From an uncultured Planctomycetaceae bacterium (GTDB lineage: Bacteria; Planctomycetota; Phycisphaerae; SM23-33): DNA of 64,000 nt. The DNA lies in contig CAZLBC010000012.1 of assembly GCA_964557575.1 (NCBI GenBank), forward strand, positions 17,400 to 81,399, read 5' to 3'. Positions 46,711-57,035 of this stretch are shown piece by piece. Under the pieces are notes generated by a model. The model worked only from the letters and a program-made list of their open reading frames with translations, had not been told where the DNA came from and did not search any database. The position numbers and the translations under genes were made by a program. Position 1 is the first letter of the stretch, and every line of letters starts with the position of its first letter.

Positions 46711-47852
46711 ACAGCTTATTTCCTGCAATGAGCTTCGCACAAAGCGAAATCGCCCGGAACGGGTTACCGTCTTCACCCGAAGAGGACCCCGCGGCGATCG
46801 CGGATATCCCCGCTTCTCCGCCCGCCAGGGTACTCATCATTAAACCGAGTTCGCTCGGTGACATCATCACGGCTCTTCCCGCACTGCGGGGACTCAAGCG
46901 ATCCTTTCCGCACTGCCGGGTTTCATGGCTGGTCTCCGAAAAACATGCCGAGATACTCGCGCACGAAAACCGGATCGACGAGGTCATCATTTTCGAGAGA
47001 ACCAAGCTCGGCAAATGGCACCGCTCGCCGCGTTCCATGGTCGCGCTGCTGTCGCTCAAAAGAAAACTGCGGGAGGGTAATTTCGACTGGACAATCGACC
47101 TCCAGGGTCTTTTCAGAAGCGGTGTATTCTGTAAATGGACACGGTCGCCCGTGAGAATCGGTTTTCCCGACGCGCGCGAAGGCGCAACCGCCTTCTATAC
47201 GCACCAGCCCGAAATTCACTCGTCTCACATCGTTGATCGTGTCGTGGAATTGTGCGGGGCGGTGGGTATCCACGCACAGGCGAAAGACATGCTGTTGGGC
47301 CCTTCACCGGAGGGAATCGCATTTCTCGAAGACCTCGTCATACTCCACGGGCTGCAGAAGTTCGGCTACTTTGTCTGCGCGCCGACGACCAGGTGGCCCG
47401 CAAAAACATACCCGGCGCGCCACTGGAGAAGGGTCGTTTCCCGATTGTCCAGGACGGCGCCGGTGATCATCGTCGCCGGTCATTCCGATACCGAGAGAAT
47501 GATCGGCGCCGAAATCACCCGCGACATGCCTGAACATGTCCTGGACCTTTCGGGGAGGACCAACCTTCAGGAACTTCTCGCGGTCATAACATATTCATCA
47601 GTGGTCCTTTGTGGGGATTCCGCCGCAAAATTCATCTCGGCCGCAGCGGACACGCCGTGCATTACGCTCATGGGACCGACGCGAACCGAGAAAACGGGTC
47701 CCACAGGCAGGGCAACGGCCCTCGTGTCTGGAGTCTCCTGCCAGGGATGTCTTAAGAAACACTGTCGCCATATGACCTGCATGCAAAGCATTAAACCCGA
47801 CCTGGTCTGCAGTTGTGCACTGGAGTACCACTCCGCGGAGCACCGGCAGTGA
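46707..47852 (+). CDS. GT9 LPS heptosyltransferase (WaaC/WaaF-like)
   Basis: LIIKPSSLGDII, IDLQGLFRS, LSGRTNL, GDS, GPT. Confidence 0.9.
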   Translation: MNSLFPAMSFAQSEIARNGLPSSPEEDPAAIADIPASPPARVLIIKPSSLGDIITALPALRGLKRSFPHCRVSWLVSEKHAEILAHENRIDEVIIFERTKLGKWHRSPRSMVALLSLKRKLREGNFDWTIDLQGLFRSGVFCKWTRSPVRIGFPDAREGATAFYTHQPEIHSSHIVDRVVELCGAVGIHAQAKDMLLGPSPEGIAFLEDLVILHGLQKFGYFVCAPTTRWPAKTYPARHWRRVVSRLSRTAPVIIVAGHSDTERMIGAEITRDMPEHVLDLSGRTNLQELLAVITYSSVVLCGDSAAKFISAAADTPCITLMGPTRTEKTGPTGRATALVSGVSCQGCLKKHCRHMTCMQSIKPDLVCSCALEYHSAEHRQ

Positions 47853-48418
47853 ATGTACTGAGAACGACAAAATACTATGTTCTGAAGTTTGAGCGATTCA
47901 TGGTCTACCGGGTCATGAGTCTCGACGACACCCCCCACCGCATAGCGCTGGGCGTGGCGATCGGTATTTTCGTCACCTGGACTCCCACGATCGGACTCCA
48001 GATGATCATAACGATCCTCCTTTCAACCCTGCTGAAGGCTAACAAGTTCGTCGGCGTTCCCTTTGTATGGATCTCAAATCCGGTTACCTTCGTCCCGATT
48101 TACGGACCGAATTACTGGCTGGGAGCCACCATTCTGGGAAAGGATCCCGGAAGCCGGTGGCAGGCCCTTTTCGCCGCCTCGGGGAGCGGCGGAAACTGGA
48201 TTGAACGTACCGGGCACTGGTTTGAATCGATAATGCCGATCTTCTGGGAATTGTGGCTGGGAAGCCTCGCGGTTTCCCTGCTGCTCGGCGTCATCACCTA
48301 CTTTCTGATGTACCGGTTGATTATCTTTTACCGGACAAAGCTGAACATGCTTCACCTCGGCCGCAAGAAACACGCGGGGGAAGGCCGGCAGCATGACGAT
48401 GAAAAGAACGAGGGGTAA
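47849..48418 (+). CDS. DUF2062 membrane protein
   Basis: DTPHRIALGVAIGIF..P..G.Q, WISNP.T..PIY; GTGA overlap. Confidence 0.85.
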   Translation: MNVLRTTKYYVLKFERFMVYRVMSLDDTPHRIALGVAIGIFVTWTPTIGLQMIITILLSTLLKANKFVGVPFVWISNPVTFVPIYGPNYWLGATILGKDPGSRWQALFAASGSGGNWIERTGHWFESIMPIFWELWLGSLAVSLLLGVITYFLMYRLIIFYRTKLNMLHLGRKKHAGEGRQHDDEKNEG

Positions 48419-48449
48419 AACCGCCGCGGCATGGTATAATCCACGGTTC

Positions 48450-48992
48450 ATGCAGACACAACAGACCCAACTCGATTCTCTGTGCCTGTTTCTTTACAAC
48501 AGGCCCCTGCACCCCGAGCTTTTTGATATTTCACGCGAGATAATCAGCGGGGGCAAAGAGTACGAATGCCGTATTTGGATCACGGGATGTTCGCACGTGA
48601 TACACGTTCACGGGCCGGACGGGAGCCTCTGCGAAGTCGTCGCTGACGAACATGCGGAACTGCCGGAGAAGGGTCTCGTGGCTTCAATGCCGTTTCGACG
48701 TGAAAAATCCCTTCAGAAAGACTTCCCGGAATATATCTCATACACCGTGGGAACGCAGACGGAAACGATGAGCGAGAGGGTGTACGCGGAAACCCACGAG
48801 GAACTCATGCAGCTCGGCTGCAGGCTGGGCAGCCTCGTCTGCTTTCCCCGCTGGTCAAGCCGCGGCCTGCATCCCTTTACCTACATATCCATGGAAGCGG
48901 GGTCCGCGCGACTGCACACCCTGTCATTCCATGCCTTTCCCGCCGAATACACCATCACCAAGGTACAATCCATTTTTCAACTCAACCGGTGA
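48450..48992 (+). CDS. DUF2617-like protein
   Basis: R.LHPELF, I.G.SHV, H.FP.E.TI...QSIF; extended -10 TGGTATAAT at 48432-48440. Confidence 0.7.
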   Translation: MQTQQTQLDSLCLFLYNRPLHPELFDISREIISGGKEYECRIWITGCSHVIHVHGPDGSLCEVVADEHAELPEKGLVASMPFRREKSLQKDFPEYISYTVGTQTETMSERVYAETHEELMQLGCRLGSLVCFPRWSSRGLHPFTYISMEAGSARLHTLSFHAFPAEYTITKVQSIFQLNR

Positions 48993-49122
48993 CGGCCGTT
49001 TCGCGGGGGCACCACCACACTTCAATCGAATCCGTTCACGATTGTTGTCGTTGGAGCAGGAAGCAAGACAAGCGCAGAGAGGCTGTTGCTGGCATCCTGT
49101 ACAGGTTCATGTCGGGATTACT

Positions 49123-51036
49123 TCAATCTAAATACCAGTACCGTTCAACCGCCCGGTCGACTACCCTCTTGATGAAATCACCCCCGACTTTGACCGTGGC
49201 CCCCTCGTATATATTTGAAAAGTATTTATCCCGGAGCAAACCGTACTGTTCTTTTCTCAGTTTCTCCGCAATATCATCCTGCGCCTCAACAAACCCGCGG
49301 GATTCCCCCTCCTTGACGTCGAGCGCCTTGACGATAAAAAAGCCGCCGACATCACGGATAATCCCGCTTGTTTCGCCTTCCGCGAGTTCGAACGCCATCG
49401 CTTCGACCTTCTCCTCACGCTTATTGCCCCGTCCCATCAGACCCCATACACCCCCGTTCGATCGCATCGGCCCGGTCGAAAACTCTTCCGCCACCGCCGA
49501 AAAGCTGTTGCCGTTCTGCAGTGCGGCCAGCGCCTTTTCGATATGATTCCGGGCGGCCTTTTCCGCCGCCGCTCGCTCTATCTCGCTCGGCGTATCCGAA
49601 GGTTTCTCCGCATGTTCGTAAAAGGATTTCAACGGCTCAAACCGATTGAAATGGGCGGCTATGATCTGCATTTTCACTTTCTTCTCGGAAGAGAACTCGT
49701 CCTTGTGCTTGCGGTAGTAGTTCCAGAGTGTTCTCCTGTTGACGACGATCCGGGGATAGAATTTCTGCTGGAGATAGGTACTCACAATATAATCCCGACT
49801 CAGACCTCTCTCCATTGCTTCCAGGGCAATCCCCTCCCGCCGGCACTTATCTTCCAGCGCCTCCCGGCTGCCCCCCGCCTCGGCGATCATGCGCCGTATC
49901 TCTTTATCCACATCGGCCTGAATGAAATCTATGACCTGTTCCTTAAGTCTCCTTTCGGCCTCGGCAAAAACGAGGGACTGCTGGATCTGGTAGTGTATCT
50001 CGCTGCCGACGATTTCCAGGGCCTTTTTTCGAAACTCGAGCTGGGGAAGATCCCTGGGCAGTTCCAGGAATCTTTCATGCATGCCGTCGATAAGCTGATC
50101 GGCGTTCACAAAACGGTCATTAACCTGTACGGCCCCGCCCGAAACAATGACTTCCTCCCCCATGGCCAGGCCGGCGGGCTTCGATCGTCCGGCCGAAACC
50201 GGCACCGGCATCGGTCCCTCGTCCTTCGCCAGCGGGCCCACCGGGGGAACGTCACCGCCGGTATTCAAAGCGACTTCCCCGCGGCCGTCCTCCATCGCAT
50301 CAGGTAATTCCTTCTCGTCGACTCCCGCATCTTCATCAACGCCGTCGGTCACGGGCTTCGTATCGGTATTGCTTTTTTCCGATACCGTCTCCCACTGTCC
50401 CATCTGCGCAATCTTTTTCTGAATCACCTTGTACGGCACCCCCCTGCCGCCGCCGGAAACCCGCGCGATGGCTTCGCGCAGATCGCTTCTCCTCGATGCG
50501 TGTTCTCCGCCCGCATCAACTCCCCTCGACGTTACACGTTCCGACGTGGTCGGTCGAACGCGATGATTCTCGTCATCAGGACTCGTCGTCGGTTTTTTGA
50601 CTGATCCGTTACCGCTTTCCGGCGCGCGCGCCTCAGGTTCGACGCCATCTACAGTATTGTTCGGGGCCGCGTTCTCCACCGTTTTCCCGCCACCGTTCAG
50701 GGGGGGGAGTTGGAGGTTTTCCGACCAGTCATCGTTCTGTGCACCCGTTGCTACCGAGCGATTGTCCGGCTCGCCCGCCGCGCCGGTTTTTTCGCCGTCT
50801 GCTCCCGCAGCCTGTTTCATCAGGTCTTCCAGGGCGAGGGGATCGGCGTCTCCCGCGTCTTGGGCAGGCGGCTCCTCGAGCGGCGGGGGAGGCAGTTCGC
50901 CCGACTCGCTTGAAGGAATCACCGGTTCAACCTCCTCGCTGGACATCCAGTCGGGCATATTCTCCGTACCGCACCCGAATAGCGGAACGGCAAGCAACAC
51001 CGTCATAATAGAGTGAATTATACGGTTCTCAGTCAT
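49123..51036 (-). CDS. SurA/PrsA-like parvulin peptidyl-prolyl isomerase lipoprotein with long acidic N-terminal linker
   Basis: Lipobox LFGC; C-terminal F..VA.EFS.GP....GG.WG, AF.L..GE.S.II. Confidence 0.82.
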   Translation of the reverse strand: MTENRIIHSIMTVLLAVPLFGCGTENMPDWMSSEEVEPVIPSSESGELPPPPLEEPPAQDAGDADPLALEDLMKQAAGADGEKTGAAGEPDNRSVATGAQNDDWSENLQLPPLNGGGKTVENAAPNNTVDGVEPEARAPESGNGSVKKPTTSPDDENHRVRPTTSERVTSRGVDAGGEHASRRSDLREAIARVSGGGRGVPYKVIQKKIAQMGQWETVSEKSNTDTKPVTDGVDEDAGVDEKELPDAMEDGRGEVALNTGGDVPPVGPLAKDEGPMPVPVSAGRSKPAGLAMGEEVIVSGGAVQVNDRFVNADQLIDGMHERFLELPRDLPQLEFRKKALEIVGSEIHYQIQQSLVFAEAERRLKEQVIDFIQADVDKEIRRMIAEAGGSREALEDKCRREGIALEAMERGLSRDYIVSTYLQQKFYPRIVVNRRTLWNYYRKHKDEFSSEKKVKMQIIAAHFNRFEPLKSFYEHAEKPSDTPSEIERAAAEKAARNHIEKALAALQNGNSFSAVAEEFSTGPMRSNGGVWGLMGRGNKREEKVEAMAFELAEGETSGIIRDVGGFFIVKALDVKEGESRGFVEAQDDIAEKLRKEQYGLLRDKYFSNIYEGATVKVGGDFIKRVVDRAVERYWYLD

Positions 51037-51210
51037 ACCAGTCCTCGCTGAAAGAGCCCGCCGCGCCTTTCAGCAGTCGCAATTTATCCGCCGCAAACTG
51101 AACGGTAGTTTGAATATCACCTTAATTTACTATTATATTATAGGTAATGCGCCGTTCCTATGATATGTGAAATCACGCAATCGTCAACAATCATGCAGAG
51201 GAGACGCTTG

Positions 51211-51360
51211 ATGATCATTTTGATGGAAGTACTGGTCGGGTCGGTAACGGCGGGAGTGATCACGTTGATCGTGATGGCCGTATCGCTGAATGATATCAAA
51301 AAAAGCTTCGCCGCTCTTCTTGAACAGGCCACGGAAGAGAAATCGGGCGACCGGAATTAA
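51211..51360 (+). CDS. Small single-pass membrane protein (49 aa)
   Basis: SD GAGGAG; MIILMEVLVGSVTAGVITLIVMAVSLNDIKKSFAALLEQATEEKSGDRN*. Confidence 0.55.
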   Translation: MIILMEVLVGSVTAGVITLIVMAVSLNDIKKSFAALLEQATEEKSGDRN

Positions 51361-51367
51361 GGTTCTT

Positions 51368-54300
51368 TCAGGACTTCTTTCTCAGTGTCCCGAGCAGCAA
51401 TTCCAGCAGTACCGCCGGCCGGCGCTGTTCTTCCGGCGGCCGCCAGTGAATCGTTCCTTCGCCCGGGCACCGGAGACTTCCGTCGAGAACCGCGAATACG
51501 TCTCGCAGCCTTCCGGCATCCCGTGTTGAAAAGACGATATCGGGATCATTGAAAACCGCGCTCTCGACCTCGATTTCCGACAGGCGCACCCGCAGTTCGG
51601 CGGTTTCCAGCAGCCGGGACACCCGCGCGGGAAGCGATCCGCAGGCATCGGCGATATCCTCTCTGAGGTCCGCAACCTCACCAGGCGTACAGCACGCTCC
51701 TATCCGGCGGTAATACTCCATCCGCTGCCGGTCCGAGGAAATATAATCGACGGGTATGTACGCCTCGAGACCGAGCTCCAGGTGAACGCGCACCCGCCGC
51801 GGCGGTTCTTCACCCCTCAGGCGGCACGATGCCTCCTCCAGGAGGCTGCAGTACATCTCATAGCCGACCGCCGCAATATGCCCGCTCTGCTGGGGACCGA
51901 GGATATTGCCGGCCCCCCGTATTTCCAGGTCGCGCATGGCGATGCGAAACCCGGCTCCCAGCTCGGAACACTCCTCTATGGCCTTGAGCCTCCTGGCCGC
52001 CGCCATCGAAAGACCGCGGGTTTTCGGCAGAAGCAGGTAACAGTAGGCGCGGTGCTTGTATCGCCCTATCCGTCCCCGCAGCTGGTGGAGTTCGGCGAGA
52101 CCGAAGCGATCGGCGTCCCGGACGATCAACGTATTCGCGGCGGGGATATCGAGCCCCGACTCGATGATGGTCGTACACACCAGCACGTCGATGGTTCCCG
52201 CGACAAACCGTATCATGACATCCTCGAGCGCCGCCCTGGGCATGCGCCCGTGGGCAACGGCCACGGTCCCGCCACCGGCCAATCGCCTGACACGGTCGGC
52301 GACCTGCTGTATGCCCATGACCCGGTTATGCAGGAAAAACACCTGTCCGCCGCGGTTGCGTTCGCCGGCGATTGCGGTGCGAATGAGGCCGTCGTCTTCC
52401 GGGACAACCTCGGTTCGGATCGCCTGCCGGTCTATCGGGGGCGTCTGCAGGGCGGTGATGTCGCGGAGGCCGAGCATCGCCATGTGCAGCGTCCGCGGGA
52501 TCGGCGTCGCCGTGAGCGTCATCACGTCGACGCTCGCGCGAAGGGTCTTGAGGTACTCCTTCGCCGCAACCCCGAATCGCTGCTCCTCGTCGATAACGAC
52601 AAGCCCGAGATCCGGGAACCTCACGTCGCCGCTCAGGAGCCGGTGGGTGCCGATAACAACGTCGACGACCCCCGTGGCCAGCCGGTCGATCACCGCTTTC
52701 TGTTGTGCCGGTGTCCGCAAACGACTCAGCATTTCCACCCGGACGGGGTAATCGGCAAAACGCTCGGAAAAGGTACGGCAGTGCTGCTCGGCCAGGAGCG
52801 TAGTCGGCACGAGAACGGCCGTCTGCGCCCCTTCTTCCGCGGCACTCATGGCCGCCCGCATCGCCAGTTCCGTCTTCCCGTACCCCACGTCGCCGCAGAC
52901 GAGCCGGTCCATGGGTCGCGCCGCCGCCATGTCACGGGCTATCTGACCGACCGCCTCGATCTGGTCGGGTGTCTCGGTGTACGGAAATTCGTCCGCGAAC
53001 TGCCGCTGTATCTCCGTGTCGGCGGGAAAGGCCCTGCCCGGCGATGCCCGCCGCGCCGCCTGCACCCTGAGGAGTTCGGCGGCCATGTCCTCGACCGCCT
53101 CGCCGACCTTCCGGCGGGTCCGTGCCCAGTGCCTGCCGCCCAGGGCACTCAGCGAAGGACGGCGGCCACTCGGCCCGACATACTTCTGCACCAGGCCGAT
53201 GCGGGCGGCAGGAACGTGGAGCACCGCGTTGTTTCGGAATCGCAGCTTCAGGTACTCCTCGGTCACCCCGTCGCGATCGAGCCGGCCGAGCCCCTCGTAT
53301 TTCGCGATGCCGTGCGATACATGGACGACATAATCCCCCTTATCGAGATCGACGAATGACCTTACGGGACGGCCCGGACGAATGCGTTGCGCGCGGCGAA
53401 ACCGCGAATAGCGCTTGTATATTTCGTGATGTCCGACCGCCGCTGCCTGTATACCCGGCCAGTGAAATCCCTTCGACAGGTGACCCCGCACCAGCCGGGC
53501 ACCGGCCGCGAGGGCGGGATACTTCTGATGTGTCAGTTGCCGGAAACGCTCTCGCTCGGCCTCGTTCGCGCAGGCGATCCAGACGGCGCACCGGGAGGCG
53601 AGGTGTTCCAGTTCACCCAGCGCCCGCTCCGTTTCGAGCGACAGAAACTCGAGCGAACGGATACCCAGGTCAATCTCGTCATCACTTTGTTCGGAAAAGT
53701 AGTGCATGTCCGCGCGGCGGAATCGCTGCATGGCGGAAAAGAGATCCGCCGCGTCGAGCAGGCCGGCGGGCGCATCGCGTTTCTCCGCGTTGAAGGACGC
53801 GCGGTTGTATATCTCGGCCGCCAGCTCCCGCAGTTGTTCGGTATCGAGCGCGCAGATCATCGCGCGGTCGGGAAGATAATCCAGGAGGGTTCCGCCCGCC
53901 GCACCGCCGGCCGACAGCGAGGGTATCACGCACGATGAGATCTCCCCGGTGCTCCGCTGGGTGTCCGGGTCGAGAAGCCGCATCGATTCGATCGTATCAC
54001 CGAAGTACTCGATCCGCACGGCGCCGCTGCGGACCGGAAAGAACACGTCCACGATGCCGCCCCGGCGGGCGTATTCGCCGGGGACGTCGACCTGCTCGAC
54101 GGCATCGTAATCGTGGTCGACGAGCCACGCGGCGAGCTGCTCGGGGGGATACTCCCCGCCCTGCTCGAGCCGGCAACACCGGGAGGCCAGCGCGCCGGGC
54201 GCGGGAACGGGCTGGAGCAGCGCCACCACGGACGCAATGATGCAGTCGGTCCGTTGTCCTGCGCGCGCTGTCGACTTCCGGTCGTCATCCGCCAGCAGGT

Positions 54301-54622
54301 TCAGGATCTGCAGCCGCCGGGCGGTGATTTCGGGGTTCGGCCGGTCGACGCCCGGCCGTGATTCCCACGCCGGAAACTGCCGGACAGCGATGTATCCCGG
54401 CTCCGTCGCATCGAGCAGCGCGATATCCTCGGCGGCCTCGTCTGAATCGTCGTCATGCCGCACGATATAAAGCACCGGCCGGCCGGTGAGCCGCCCCAGG
54501 GCCGCCGCGACAAAGGCCGGGGCGGCGCCCCACAACCCGCCGATCGCCACGCGGCTGCGCGGGCCGGAGAGGCGATCGCCGGCTTCGCGTAACAGTTTGT
54601 AATTAATGATCTTATCGAACAT
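51368..54622 (-). CDS. mfd: Transcription-repair coupling factor
   Basis: GEYARRGGIVDVF, GDYVVH..HG, GDVGYGKT, DEEQRFG, ATPIPRTL, QLRGRIGR, RDLEIRGAGN. Confidence 0.97.
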   Translation of the reverse strand: MFDKIINYKLLREAGDRLSGPRSRVAIGGLWGAAPAFVAAALGRLTGRPVLYIVRHDDDSDEAAEDIALLDATEPGYIAVRQFPAWESRPGVDRPNPEITARRLQILNLLADDDRKSTARAGQRTDCIIASVVALLQPVPAPGALASRCCRLEQGGEYPPEQLAAWLVDHDYDAVEQVDVPGEYARRGGIVDVFFPVRSGAVRIEYFGDTIESMRLLDPDTQRSTGEISSCVIPSLSAGGAAGGTLLDYLPDRAMICALDTEQLRELAAEIYNRASFNAEKRDAPAGLLDAADLFSAMQRFRRADMHYFSEQSDDEIDLGIRSLEFLSLETERALGELEHLASRCAVWIACANEAERERFRQLTHQKYPALAAGARLVRGHLSKGFHWPGIQAAAVGHHEIYKRYSRFRRAQRIRPGRPVRSFVDLDKGDYVVHVSHGIAKYEGLGRLDRDGVTEEYLKLRFRNNAVLHVPAARIGLVQKYVGPSGRRPSLSALGGRHWARTRRKVGEAVEDMAAELLRVQAARRASPGRAFPADTEIQRQFADEFPYTETPDQIEAVGQIARDMAAARPMDRLVCGDVGYGKTELAMRAAMSAAEEGAQTAVLVPTTLLAEQHCRTFSERFADYPVRVEMLSRLRTPAQQKAVIDRLATGVVDVVIGTHRLLSGDVRFPDLGLVVIDEEQRFGVAAKEYLKTLRASVDVMTLTATPIPRTLHMAMLGLRDITALQTPPIDRQAIRTEVVPEDDGLIRTAIAGERNRGGQVFFLHNRVMGIQQVADRVRRLAGGGTVAVAHGRMPRAALEDVMIRFVAGTIDVLVCTTIIESGLDIPAANTLIVRDADRFGLAELHQLRGRIGRYKHRAYCYLLLPKTRGLSMAAARRLKAIEECSELGAGFRIAMRDLEIRGAGNILGPQQSGHIAAVGYEMYCSLLEEASCRLRGEEPPRRVRVHLELGLEAYIPVDYISSDRQRMEYYRRIGACCTPGEVADLREDIADACGSLPARVSRLLETAELRVRLSEIEVESAVFNDPDIVFSTRDAGRLRDVFAVLDGSLRCPGEGTIHWRPPEEQRRPAVLLELLLGTLRKKS

Positions 54623-54654
54623 GCCTTCCGACCCGCTCACCGCGTGTGCGCATG

Positions 54655-54698
54655 AAAAAACCCGGGATCGGGCCCATACCCGGTCCCGTGCCGGTGCG
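54655..54698 (-). terminator. Rho-independent terminator closing the GlmL-like operon
   Basis: Minus strand CGGGACCGGG-loop-CCCGATCCCG then GGTTTTTT (one mismatch in the stem). Confidence 0.65.
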
Positions 54699-54722
54699 AC
54701 CGAAGAAATTACTGTTCCCGCC

Positions 54723-55499
54723 CTACTGCGGGAAGGCCAGCCACTCGTATATCAGGAACTGCATGCGGCCGATCAGCAGCGAGAGGCGCGCCATGACGGT
54801 GTAACCGAACGACGCGCCGAACGAAATCATCAGCACCAAAATGCCGAATTTCGACACGCCGCCGCCGAAACCCTTGTGCTCCAGGGAGAAGAAAAAGTAC
54901 CACAGGACCGCCACGGTACTCGCCAGGACGAACACCGCGCAGAAAATATCGAAATAGTACACCCAGCCCGTGCCGTTATTCTCCAGCAGCGGCCTGACGG
55001 AGGCCTCGAGCTGCTTGAGTACAAAGCTGTCGGTCACGAACACGATGCCCACGCCCGCGCCCCAGCCGACCATAAGGGCGTATGAATAGCGGCTCATCCA
55101 CGACCGTTTTTTCGACAGCCGCATCAGGATCAGGATGCCGAGAATCACCGGCCACGTACGCAGCATCAGGGCCTCCATGAGCGCGTCGTGCGTCGGTGCG
55201 TTGAAGAACTTGTCGTACACCTCGGGCCGGAGGTACGTCTCCCACATGATAATGATCATGTACCCCGTCGTGACGCCGACGTAGAGATTCTCGGCGATCT
55301 TGAACAGGGGATTGTCGCGGTAGAGGAAGCTGTACATCGCCAGCGTCAGTCCGGCGGCGATGATGATCCCGATCGTCTCGCGGGAAAATACACGGTGAGA
55401 CAGCAGGCTGAGCACGCCAAACGCGACGATGATACAGAACAGCGCGATCAACTCGATCATCCGCCGGCGTGAACTGATTGTCTCCTGTGCTGTCGCCAT
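54723..55499 (-). CDS. Polytopic membrane protein of unknown function (GlmL-like operon)
   Basis: About 7-8 hydrophobic segments; SFLYRDNPLFKIAENLYVG, ISFGASFGYTVMARLSLLIGR. Confidence 0.85.
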   Translation of the reverse strand: MATAQETISSRRRMIELIALFCIIVAFGVLSLLSHRVFSRETIGIIIAAGLTLAMYSFLYRDNPLFKIAENLYVGVTTGYMIIIMWETYLRPEVYDKFFNAPTHDALMEALMLRTWPVILGILILMRLSKKRSWMSRYSYALMVGWGAGVGIVFVTDSFVLKQLEASVRPLLENNGTGWVYYFDIFCAVFVLASTVAVLWYFFFSLEHKGFGGGVSKFGILVLMISFGASFGYTVMARLSLLIGRMQFLIYEWLAFPQ

Positions 55500-55503
55500 A
55501 GGC

Positions 55504-56343
55504 TTATTTCTTTCTCTTCCCGGTGAACCGCGCGAGCATGAACCGCAGGTTGGCGACGATTATGAGCCCGATAATCAGCAGGTGCGCCATCGACTGGGCG
55601 GTCATGCCCCGGGTGGCGCTGTCGCTCTTGTCGATAAGCTGCTCGTAATCCGCCGCGCCGCGCAGGCCGCCGAGGCATCCCTTGATCTGCTTGGCGTCCA
55701 TCAACGGGTACAGGTCGGGCGTCATGACGGCCGTCGTACCGGTGATGAAGGGGATATCGTGCCGGTCGGTACCGTAGGCGATCCATTCCTCGTAGGTAAT
55801 GCCGGCCTCGATACCGACGAAGAGCGGAAAATCGCCCAGTTTGTCTATCCCATCGAGGGCGGCCATGCCGTCGGTTGGTTCGCCGTAAAAATCCTTGTCG
55901 AACGCCCGCTTCAGGTCTTCACCGATGTTCAATATGAGGTTCACGCGGCCCGGCCGGTAGCCGAGGAAGACATAATCTTCTCCCGATTTCATGCCGTATT
56001 CCCCGGCGACCTGCTCGCTCATATCCCGGGCCAGGCCGATCCCCCGCGGCCAGTGCGTCATGACGACCGGCACGAGTCCCCGCTCGAAGCAGTGGCGGAG
56101 GACGGCAACGCTCATCGGCCGCAGTTCGGGTTCCGCGGCGGGATCGAAATCGAATGCCACCAGGACGCGCGTTCCCTCATCGAGTCGCTCAATCTCCTCG
56201 TAAAACATCACCGCCTTCGCGGAGGACTTGAACGGCAGCACGAATTTCAGGAGAAACGGGGTGATCACCGCGACGGCGACCAGGTTGAATATGATCCACT
56301 TGGTGATCTCGACGCGCCGCAACTCGTGCTGGGCGATAGCCAT
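55504..56343 (-). CDS. Membrane-anchored alpha/beta protein of unknown function (GlmL-like operon)
   Basis: TM helix at each end; D..P...PEL.P, DYVFLGY.PG, GGLRGAADYE; TGATG overlap. Confidence 0.85.
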   Translation of the reverse strand: MAIAQHELRRVEITKWIIFNLVAVAVITPFLLKFVLPFKSSAKAVMFYEEIERLDEGTRVLVAFDFDPAAEPELRPMSVAVLRHCFERGLVPVVMTHWPRGIGLARDMSEQVAGEYGMKSGEDYVFLGYRPGRVNLILNIGEDLKRAFDKDFYGEPTDGMAALDGIDKLGDFPLFVGIEAGITYEEWIAYGTDRHDIPFITGTTAVMTPDLYPLMDAKQIKGCLGGLRGAADYEQLIDKSDSATRGMTAQSMAHLLIIGLIIVANLRFMLARFTGKRKK

Positions 56344-57017
56344 CAGTCTCCCCCTCCCATGTAGGATCGCTCTATCCCGAATATGATCCGCAGGTACTGC
56401 GAGATGGCCCCCAGGCTGACGCCGAGCAGAATGCCCCGCTTGGCCGCCATGTTCGGATAATCCATCATCCACTCGGCCGTCCTGGCAAACAACTGGGAAT
56501 CCCCGAACCACCTGCCGGCCACTTCACTGATAGGTACGCGGCCGAACATGACGATGATAGCGGAGATCAACAGCAGCGCCGCGCCGAGATTCCTCGCCCG
56601 AAACGTCCTGAACGCGGCGCTCGCCATGAAAAAGGCGAGAATCGAGAAGATGGTGGCGCCGCACGGCACCTGGATATTCATATAGCACCACTGGAACCAC
56701 GATTCACCTTCCCTCGGCATGGGAACCAGCGGCCCGAGGCCCTCGTTCCAGATCCCGAGGACCATCATTCCCACGATGCCGATGAAGACGAAAATACTGT
56801 AGGCCCAGCCGGGCTGGCGGCGCTTGATACGCATGTAGTGCATGTGCGTCAGGCTCCACAGCCCCAGGAGCATGGCGAAACCGAAAATGATGTACATCCA
56901 CGTCGTAATCTCCCCCCGAAACGTCGACGCGAACGGATGCGGGACGAAAAGATGCACGAACCCGACCACGCCTATGGTAAAGGCAATCAGAAGCGGCAGT
57001 GTCCGTTTATACCACAT
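56343..57017 (-). CDS. Polytopic membrane protein of unknown function (GlmL-like operon)
   Basis: About 5-6 hydrophobic segments; ATIFSILAFFMASAAFRTFRAR, AAKRGILLGVSLG...LRIIFG.ER. Confidence 0.85.
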   Translation of the reverse strand: MWYKRTLPLLIAFTIGVVGFVHLFVPHPFASTFRGEITTWMYIIFGFAMLLGLWSLTHMHYMRIKRRQPGWAYSIFVFIGIVGMMVLGIWNEGLGPLVPMPREGESWFQWCYMNIQVPCGATIFSILAFFMASAAFRTFRARNLGAALLLISAIIVMFGRVPISEVAGRWFGDSQLFARTAEWMMDYPNMAAKRGILLGVSLGAISQYLRIIFGIERSYMGGGD

Positions 57018-57035
57018 GGTTTCTTCGCGCGACTC

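Noticed and set aside
51782-53359. 525-aa plus-strand ORF (and similar long shadows at 6722-8368, 29371-30702, 38434-39762)
   Set aside because: Antisense to clearly identified genes such as mfd, the ABC genes and topA.
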